NCBI GenBank assembly: GCA_963771175.1
Contig: CAVYSY010000007.1
Coordinates: 25,864 to 89,863, forward strand
Source of the DNA: an uncultured delta proteobacterium
GTDB lineage: Bacteria; Myxococcota; Myxococcia; Myxococcales; Myxococcaceae
Direction: 5' to 3'
Length of the DNA stretch: 64,000 nt
Notes under the pieces: generated by a model
The model's input: only the letters and a program-made list of their open reading frames with translations
Told to the model about the DNA's origin: nothing
The model's database searches: none
Made by a program: the position numbers and the translations under genes
Shown here: positions 55,735-64,000 of the stretch, piece by piece
Numbering within the stretch: the first letter of the stretch is position 1
How the letters are laid out: each line of letters starts with the position of its first letter

Positions 55735-55765
55735 TCCCTCCGCCGGGCATCTCCGACGGAGGGAG
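55735..55765. terminator. Hairpin between convergent genes (possible terminator)
   Basis: CTCCCTCCG...CGGAGGGAG inverted repeat between aminopeptidase and fghA stops; no U-tract. Confidence 0.4.
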
Positions 55766-55772
55766 GAGTGCG

Positions 55773-56625
55773 TCAGCCGAGCAACGCCTGGGCGTGATGG
55801 CGCAGGTGATCGTCGATGAAGGTGGCGATGAAGTAGTAGCCGTGGTCGTAGCCGGGCTGCCGGCGCAGGGTCAGCGGGTGGCCCGCGGAGGCGGCGGCGC
55901 GCTCCAGGGCCTCGGGCAGGAGCTGGGTGGCCAGGAAGTCGTCGGCATCGCCCTGGTCGATGAGGATCGGCAGCCGTTCGGTGGCTCCGGCGATCAGCGC
56001 ACTGGCGTCCCACTCGCGCCAGGCCGCGCGGTCGGGCCCCAGGTAGCGGCTGAAGGCCTTCTCTCCCCAGGGACAGTTCATCGGGTTGCTGATCGGCGCG
56101 AAGGCGGAGACCGACAGGTAGCGTCCCGGATTGCGCAGCGCGCAGACCAGGGCCCCGTGCCCGCCCATCGAGTGCCCGCTGATGCCTCGCCTCCCGTTGA
56201 GGGGGAAGGTCCGCTCCACCAGCGCGGGCAGCTCGTGCACCACGTAGTCGTGCATGCGGTAGTTGCGGGACCAGGGCTCACGCGTGGCGTTGAGGTAGAA
56301 GCCCGCGCCCATGGCCGAAATCGAAGGCTCCCTCCGGATCGCCCGGCACGTCCTTGCCGCGAGGGCTGGTGTCGGGCACGACCACGGCGAGACCCAGCTC
56401 GGCCGCCAGCCGCTACGCGCCGGCCTTCTGCGAGAAGTTCTCGTCCGTGCAGGTCAGGCCGGAGAGCCAGTAGAGCGTCGGCACCTGCTCGCCGCGAGCG
56501 GTCTGCGGCGGCAGGTAGACGGCGAACGTCATGTCGCAGCCCAGGGTGCTGGACCGGTGGCGGTAGCGCTTGAGCCAGCCGCCGAAGCACTTGTGGCTGG
56601 AGACGAGGGTCAGGTTGTCGCTCAT
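55773..56625 (-). CDS. fghA: S-formylglutathione hydrolase (frameshifted)
   Basis: [46 protein letters not shown]. Confidence 0.93.
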
Positions 56626-56639
56626 GGGAGGCCTCCGGC

Positions 56640-57805
<1,166 letters not shown>

Positions 57806-57895
57806 TTAGCTAATCCATGGGAGCGGGCGGATCTTCACCGGTCCGGGAAAAGATTGTTGCCGTCCAGGGATAATCCCGAGACAGATGGACCCACC

Positions 57896-58786
57896 ATGAA
57901 CCGGTGGGAAGGAATCGACGAGTTCGTCGCCGTGGCCGAGACGAGCAGCTTCTCACGCGCGGCCGAGCGCCTGGGAGTCTCCTCCTCGCATGTCAGCCGG
58001 CAGATCAGCCGCCTGGAGGACAGGCTGCAGGCGCGGCTCTTCTACCGCACCACCCGGCGCGTCTCGCTGACGGAGGCGGGGCTCACCTTCCTGGCCCACT
58101 GCCAGCGCCTGGCGGAGGAGCGGGACGAGGCCTTCCTCGCGGTCAGTGACCTGCAGGGCACGCCCAAGGGGCTGCTGCGCATGACATCGGCGGTGACGTA
58201 CGGCGAGCGCTTCATCGTGCCGCTGGTGAACGCCTTCATGGCGCGGCATCCGGGGCTGCGGGTGGACATCCACCTCACCAACGACACGGTGGACCTGGTG
58301 CGAGAAGGCTTCGACCTGGCGATCCGCCTGGGGCGGCTGACGGACTCCACGCTGGTGGCGACCCGCCTGGCGCCGCGGGCGATGTACCTGTGCGCCGCGC
58401 CGGAGTACCTGGAGCGCTACGGCACACCGCACAGCCTCTCGGAGCTGGAGCGCCACCCGTGCCTGATTGGAACCTCCGATGTCTGGGTGTTCCAGGCCGA
58501 GGGCCGCGAGCAGCTCTTCCGGGCCCGCGGGCCGTGGCGCTGCAACAGCGGCGCGGCGGTGCTCGATGCGGCGCTGCGGGGCTTCGGCCTGTGCCAGCTC
58601 CCGGACTACTACGTCCGCGAGCACCTGCGCGCGGGCCGGCTCATCTCGCTGCTGGAAGCCAACCAGCCACCGAACACCGCCGTCTGGGCGCTCTACCCGC
58701 AGAAGCGGCACCTCTCGCCCAAGGTGCGCCTATTGGTGGAGCACCTCAAGCGAGAGCTGCCCCTGCTGCCCGAGTACCGGGCCTGA
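57896..58786 (+). CDS. LysR family regulator divergent from frmA
   Basis: FVAVAE..SFSRAAERLGVS.S.VSRQI..LE.RL..RL.YRTTRRVSLTEAG. Confidence 0.95.
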   Translation: MNRWEGIDEFVAVAETSSFSRAAERLGVSSSHVSRQISRLEDRLQARLFYRTTRRVSLTEAGLTFLAHCQRLAEERDEAFLAVSDLQGTPKGLLRMTSAVTYGERFIVPLVNAFMARHPGLRVDIHLTNDTVDLVREGFDLAIRLGRLTDSTLVATRLAPRAMYLCAAPEYLERYGTPHSLSELERHPCLIGTSDVWVFQAEGREQLFRARGPWRCNSGAAVLDAALRGFGLCQLPDYYVREHLRAGRLISLLEANQPPNTAVWALYPQKRHLSPKVRLLVEHLKRELPLLPEYRA

Positions 58787-58807
58787 GCCATCCGAACCGA
58801 GAAACGT

Positions 58808-58889
58808 CGGCCTCCCGGCCGCGCTCTTCCAAAACCTGTCCGACTGTCGGACAGGTTTCTCCAAACCGAGCCCGGAGGGTCCTCTGTCC
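58808..58889. repeat. Dispersed REP-like palindromic element, copy 2
   Basis: Core AAACCTGTCCGAC-T-GTCGGACAGGTTT (58832-58858); inverted copy of 16806-16887. Confidence 0.9.
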
Positions 58890-58929
58890 GCAGGCCTCCT
58901 CCTGCACGGACTTACTTCGGATGGCTTGG

Positions 58930-59957
58930 CTACGACGGGCCTTCGGGACGACGCAGGCCAAAGGCTTCCGCGAGCAGTTCGTAGGAGCGCACGCGCGCCG
59001 CGTGGCTGTGGATGTGTGACGTCACCATGAGCTCGTCCGCCCCCATCTTCCGGGCCAGCTCGAGGAGCCGGGCTCGGACGCGCTCGGGGGTGCCCACGAC
59101 GAGCATCGAGCGCGAGGCGCGGACCTGCTGCAGCTCGAAGGGGGTGTACGGGTACGCGCGCGCCTCCTCCGGGCTGGGAATGGGCCCGTTGCGGCCATTG
59201 CGGATGTTGACCCACAGCAGGTCGTGCGTCAGCGCGAGCTCCTCCGCGCGCTCCTCCGTCTCGGCGCAGACCACCGATACGCCCAGGATGGCATAGGGCC
59301 GCGCGAGGTACTCGGAGGGCTGGAACAGGTTCCGGTACGCGGACATGGCCGGCAGCGCCATCTCCGGGCTGAAGTGGTACGCGAACGCGAAGCCCCGGCC
59401 GAGCGCCGCGGCGAGCCGGGCACCGAAGTCACTGGAGCCGAGGAGCCAGATGGAGGAAGCGGGACACCCGGCGGTGAGGCCCGCACCCGGGCGAAGAGGT
59501 CGTCCTCGGGGAACTCGGCCTCTCCGGCGAAGGCGCGCAGGAGCTGGAGCTGCTCCGGGAAGTCATCCGCGGAGAGGGCCTCCACGGAGCGGCGCAGGGC
59601 CAGCGCGGTGACGCGGTCCGTTCCGGGAGCGCGCCCGAGCCCCAGGTCGATGCGTCCCGGGTAGAGCGCCTCGAGCGTGAGGAAGTTCTCCGCGACCTTC
59701 AGGGGCGAGTGGTTCGGGAGCATGATTCCGCCCGAGCCGACGCGCAGGTGCTGGGTCTCGCGGGCGAGGAGGCCGATCATGATCTCCGGCGCGGAGCTGG
59801 CCAGGCCCAGGGTGTTGTGGTGCTCGGCCACCCAGTAGCGCGTGTAGCCGAGCGCGTCCGCCCTGCGCGCCAGGTCGATGCTGTTGCGCAGGGCCTGAGG
59901 GCCCGTGGAGCCCGTGCCGACGGGAATCAGGTCGAGGAGGGAGAGAGGAAGAGACAT
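58930..59957 (-). CDS. Luciferase-like (LLM class) flavin-dependent oxidoreductase (frameshift ~59455)
   Basis: LSLLDL, RYWVAEHHN, RVGSGGIMLPNHSPL.VAE.F, RIDLGLGRAPG, GADELMV. Confidence 0.92.
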
Positions 59958-59975
59958 ATCGGAACCCGGCTGTCC

Positions 59976-61019
59976 TCAACCCTGGGAGTCCACGTCCGAG
60001 GCCGGCTCCTCCATCGAGTCGGTTCCCGCGCCCTCCCCCACGTCCCCATCCCGGCGCTGCTGCACCAGGTGGAGCACGATGACGGCATCGAGGGTGAGCA
60101 GGCCCGGCAGGAAGACCCAGGGGCCGGCGGTGTAGGGGCTCATCATCAGGAAGAACCACGTCGTGAGCCAGACGCCCATGAGGACGAGCACGATGGGATG
60201 CAGCGCCGCCAGCCCGCGCTGCCGCAGGGCGAAGCTCGCGAGCAGCACGAGGGTGAGCTGGGTGAACGTCGCGAGCGGCTGCTCCCCGCCGGAGGCCCCG
60301 AAGAAGGGCGTGTTGCTCCGGGCCCAGGGAAGCAGGAGCGCGAAGGAGCACACGGCGGCGCCCACCACCACCCAGCGGTTCAGGCGCTGACGGAGGCTGC
60401 CCTCGTACAGGTAGTCGAAGTCCTCCTCCGACGTGGCGAAGAACCGCTGCCCCTGCTCGTAGCCGAGCACCAGCGCGGCGAGCAGCCACAACAACGAGAC
60501 GGGCCCGAAGCCCAGCATCAGCAGGGCATGGGCACAGGTGAGCGCGGCGTAGGCCCGCGCGATGCCCGGATGCTGCGTCTCCTCGGGGAGGTTCTCGAGT
60601 GCCGCGGGCAGGGCGCGGGCCTCCGCGGTGCGCAACTCCTGCACCCCAGGCTGGGTGATGACGCGCCACTCGTTCACGGCCACCAGCGCGCCGCCCAGGA
60701 GCATCACCAGCGAGCCCGGCAGGCCGATGCCCGGGACGAACGGCAACACCGAGAGCAGGATGGCGAGTCCCACCAGCCCCAGGCCGAGCAGCGACAGCGA
60801 GCCACCCGGCAGGCGCGAGCGCAGGCGCGGATCATCCAGCACCCCCGCGATGGCGTCGCCGAGCTGCCCCGCCACGTCCCGGACGGGGGCGAACACCTTG
60901 GAGAGCACCTCCGAGAGACGCTCGAAGGGCGAGGGAGGCGGGGGCTCCCACTCATAGGACTCGTCCCCGGTGCCGTAGTCGGCGTTGGAGTCCTCGGAGC
61001 CCTTCGAGCGGAAGGCCAC
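59976..61019 (-). CDS. Polytopic membrane hypothetical protein
   Basis: About 8 hydrophobic segments; acidic termini. Confidence 0.7.
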   Translation of the reverse strand: MAFRSKGSEDSNADYGTGDESYEWEPPPPSPFERLSEVLSKVFAPVRDVAGQLGDAIAGVLDDPRLRSRLPGGSLSLLGLGLVGLAILLSVLPFVPGIGLPGSLVMLLGGALVAVNEWRVITQPGVQELRTAEARALPAALENLPEETQHPGIARAYAALTCAHALLMLGFGPVSLLWLLAALVLGYEQGQRFFATSEEDFDYLYEGSLRQRLNRWVVVGAAVCSFALLLPWARSNTPFFGASGGEQPLATFTQLTLVLLASFALRQRGLAALHPIVLVLMGVWLTTWFFLMMSPYTAGPWVFLPGLLTLDAVIVLHLVQQRRDGDVGEGAGTDSMEEPASDVDSQG

Positions 61020-61159
61020 ACTCGAGGCAAACGCCCTGCGTCACATCGGGGATGGGTTGGCCACAGTGCGAGCAGTTCATGGGGATCCGAAGCAGGGGGA
61101 CCCCAGTCTAGGCCAGACGCGGCTCGCGGCGGTACAGCCCCCCGACCGCCCTGGCAGCT

Positions 61160-62248
61160 TCACCACAGCATGTCTTGATCCTCGGTGACCCCGGGCACCC
61201 CGGACAGCGAGTACGTCCGGCCGTCCACCCGCACCGTGCCCTCGAAGAAGCCAAGCGGCTGGGCGAAGTGGCTCACCACCACCTTGAAATCGTGGTCCTC
61301 GCGGTGGACGTAGAGGGGCTGGAAGCGCAGGTCCACCGCGCCGTCCACCGTCCTCATGTGCCACGGGCTCATCAGCTCTTTCCGGTCGTACTCGAAGACG
61401 GCCCGGGCGAGCGGGTAGAGCTTGTCCCCCAGCCAGAGCGCGTTCTCGTTGGTGCCGGCGCTCTCGTTGAAGCCCTCGACGAGGTTGAGGCCCACCGGCG
61501 TTCCGTCCGCCAGCCGCCCCGCGAGGAAGGCCCACCGCCACGAGGTGTGCCGAGCCATATAGCCCTGGGTGTAGTCCGTCCCGCCCACCCCACCGTCCAG
61601 TCGGAAGCGCTTGCCTCCCGCCTCCAGGCTGCCGAAGGCCAGCATGCCGCCGCGCTTCTGGGTGACGTTGACGAAGCCGCCTCCCTCCACGGGGGCGATC
61701 ACCGTCAGCGCCGGAGGGCCTCCGGCCACCAGCAGTTCCCCATCCCACAGGAAGGATTGGAGGCTGCCCGTGCGCAGCCGGCTCACGTCCACGTTCAGGT
61801 GGTAGCGCTCGTCGTCCTCGCCGCGCCGTGCCGTGAACCGCCCGCCCAGGGTGCGGAACGAGGCCGTCAGCCCCGCGCCGGGCTTGTCGCTCACCTCGGC
61901 GAGCGGGCCGGGCGCGCCCAGGAAGCTCACATCGCAGAGGGGACGCTGCTCCTTGAGGTCCAACGCCACGGCGAAGGCGTTGGCCGAGTAGCCCACGTCC
62001 ACCACCGCGAAGAGCGCGAGCACCTCCGGCGTGGCCGCCAGGGTGTAGTGCCAGCGCTTGCGTTTGAGCAGCCGGGCCGGGGCCGCCGCGGGGGCCCACC
62101 GGCCCTTGAGCCGGGAAAGGTCCACCTCGGGCAGCTCGCCCTGGTAGGTGCCGAATCGGGGTTCACCCGACGCCGTAGCCACGGAGGCTGGCGCAGGAAG
62201 GAGACTCAGTTCTCGCTCCGGGGTCATTTCCTTCCCAAGGTGGGCCAT
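61160..62248 (-). CDS. DUF2804-like protein
   Basis: KRKRWHY, DYTQGY..RHTSWRWA, GLNL..GFN....ENALW, F.QP.G.F.G, TEDQDMLW. Confidence 0.75.
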   Translation of the reverse strand: MAHLGKEMTPERELSLLPAPASVATASGEPRFGTYQGELPEVDLSRLKGRWAPAAAPARLLKRKRWHYTLAATPEVLALFAVVDVGYSANAFAVALDLKEQRPLCDVSFLGAPGPLAEVSDKPGAGLTASFRTLGGRFTARRGEDDERYHLNVDVSRLRTGSLQSFLWDGELLVAGGPPALTVIAPVEGGGFVNVTQKRGGMLAFGSLEAGGKRFRLDGGVGGTDYTQGYMARHTSWRWAFLAGRLADGTPVGLNLVEGFNESAGTNENALWLGDKLYPLARAVFEYDRKELMSPWHMRTVDGAVDLRFQPLYVHREDHDFKVVVSHFAQPLGFFEGTVRVDGRTYSLSGVPGVTEDQDMLW

Positions 62249-62330
62249 GCCCTTCCATATGCCACCCGGCCCACGAGTACGAGGGATGACTTACGCACAG
62301 AACGGAATCGCCACTGTGCGGGGTGGACCC

Positions 62331-63374
62331 TCACCCCTGCCCCTCCAAGGCGTCCCAGCGAGGGAAGCGACGGTAGCGCTCGCGGAGCTGCGCCACGTCG
62401 TGCTCGAACCAGCGGCGGACCCAGTCCGAATAGGCCGCGTGGGCCGAGGGCCACGGCAGGGCACCCGAGGCCGCGCGCACCACCGCGTGGCCCGCCATCA
62501 TCCCGGACATCAGCGCCTTGAGCACGCCGTGGGAGGAGGCCGGGTCGAGCACCGCGGCCGCGTCGCCGACCATCAGGTAGCCGGGGCCAGCCGGGGACTC
62601 CACGCGCCGCCAGGTGACGTCCGCGCCTCGCGTGCGCCCGAGCGGCTCGCACTCGCGCAGCTCCGGGGCCGCCATCCATTGGGCACGGGCCGCCCATCCA
62701 GGGTCAGTCGGGTCCACTGACGGACCCCCGGCCGCACCCGCGCCGTCCAGGTCCAGCCCTCGTCATCGGCCACGATGCGGGCTCCTCGCCATCGGAGCCT
62801 TCGGGCTCCACCACGTAGCCGTAGGTGGCCACCAGCGTGGGAGAAGCCTTCAACCGGGGGAGGTCGAGCTGGCGGGCGAGCCAATGCGCGCCCCCTGCCG
62901 CGTCGATCACCACCCGGGCGTGGAGGGGACCCGCGTCCGTCTCCACGCCCACCACCTCGCCACGCTCGTCTCGGAGCGGGTGGAGCGCGCGGCGGGCTGC
63001 AACACCTCCACCCCCAGCGCGCGTGCCCGCTCCAGCAGGAGGGCATCCAGCTCGGCCCGCCACGCCTGGAAACCCAACCACGGGCCGTTCGCGTCCTGGC
63101 CGAAGGGGACGAACTGGCGTGGCCCATCCCACTCCACCCAGAAGCCCGGGTAGCGGACGAAGCGGGCGGCCCGGACCGCGTCGCCCACACCCAGTTGCGT
63201 GAACAGGGGCTCGACGCCCGGGTGGAGCGACTCTCCCGGACAGTCTCGCGGGAAGGCGGCCCGCTCCAGCACGAGCACGGACAGCCCGGCCGTGGCACAG
63301 GAGATGGCGGTGGCGGACCCGGCCGGGCCTCCGCCGATGATGACCACGTCCACGCTACGTGCCGTGCCGCTCAT
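62331..63374 (-). CDS. FAD-dependent oxidoreductase (halogenase/LodB-like; frameshifted)
   Basis: DVVIIGGGPAG, GESLHP, IDAAG, VGDAAAVLDPASSHGV..AL.SG across three ORFs. Confidence 0.8.
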
Positions 63375-63459
63375 CCAACCAGGTCCCCGCGGCGGCACAC
63401 TTCAGCAAGAACCCATCGGGTCGATCAACAGGTCGACCCGCTGAGGATGGGGGAGAAGT

Positions 63460-64000
63460 TCACGAGCGGCCGAAGACGATGCGCTCGTCGCTGAGCAGCC
63501 GGGAGATGAGCGACAGGCACACCGCCGTCAACGCGAGGCTGCTCACCGTGCCCAGCACGAAGGGCAGCGCGCCCAGCACCTCGCCGCGCATCAGCTCGGA
63601 CACCAGGAGCTGCTGTCCCAGCACGGGCACTCCGTACATCCACATCTGGCTCTGGATGGGAGACAGCGCCAGCACCATGCCCGGCAGGGTGGGCAGCATC
63701 ATCAGGAGCTGCAGGTACGTCTGCGCCTCCTTGTACGAGCGCGCGAAGGTGGCCACCAGCATCTGCGCCGCCGAGGCCAGCAGCGCCATGGGCAGCATCG
63801 CGCCGATCATCGCCACCGCCGTCGCCGGCTCCAGGCTCACCTTCACGCCCAGGTCCTGCAGCGGCACCCGCTTCGCGATGACCACGAACGCCACCGAGAC
63901 CACCACCACCGTGACGCAGGAGAACACCGTGGTGGCCAGCCACTTGCCCACCACCAGCGTCCCGCGCTGCACGGGGTTGAGCAGCAGCGGCTCCAACGAG
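63460..64000 (-). CDS. 3' part of NatB-like ABC-2 permease (truncated by window edge)
   Basis: LEPLLLNPV.R..LV.GKW, FARSYKEAQTY, PVLGQ. Confidence 0.85.
   Translation of the reverse strand, partial: SLEPLLLNPVQRGTLVVGKWLATTVFSCVTVVVVSVAFVVIAKRVPLQDLGVKVSLEPATAVAMIGAMLPMALLASAAQMLVATFARSYKEAQTYLQLLMMLPTLPGMVLALSPIQSQMWMYGVPVLGQQLLVSELMRGEVLGALPFVLGTVSSLALTAVCLSLISRLLSDERIVFGRS

Noticed and set aside
51101-55750. 1549-aa minus-strand ORF and other very long ORFs (51421-54339, 24399-26285, 7740-9302)
   Set aside because: Antisense or off-frame shadows of real high-GC genes (aminopeptidase, YfhO-like, dapE/kup, hemF); Arg/Ala/Pro-rich with no motifs

Overview
High-GC myxobacterial chromosome segment. 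The DUSAM-like, STAS/SEC14-like, XRE and PilA-like genes and the palindromic intergenic repeats point to Archangium/Cystobacteraceae; this is an inference. Most of the window is housekeeping and transport: an ECF sigma/anti-sigma operon, hemF, glpK, dapE, kup, dapD, mreB, an M1 aminopeptidase, frmA/fghA, three ABC systems, a fatty acid desaturase and a PLP decarboxylase. At least 11 genes, including mreB, carry single-base frameshifts that look like consensus/assembly artefacts rather than real pseudogenes. Highlights: (1) a 77-aa SelW/Rdx-family selenoprotein gene missed by the ORF track, with an in-frame UGA in a CxxU motif and a SECIS-like hairpin (34845-35078, minus); (2) a ~120-bp promoter/operator duplicated in inverted orientation around a LysR gene, one copy in front of an aldo-keto reductase and one in front of an alcohol dehydrogenase; (3) a 3 x 41-bp palindromic array with a compensatory base change; (4) an 82-bp dispersed palindromic element found twice between convergent genes; (5) a Cys-rich lipoprotein-DUSAM-ABC ATPase cassette resembling an uncharacterised toxin/immunity or defence module. 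No rRNA, tRNA, transposase, integrase or CRISPR-Cas was recognised. Family calls come from motif recognition by eye, not database searches.
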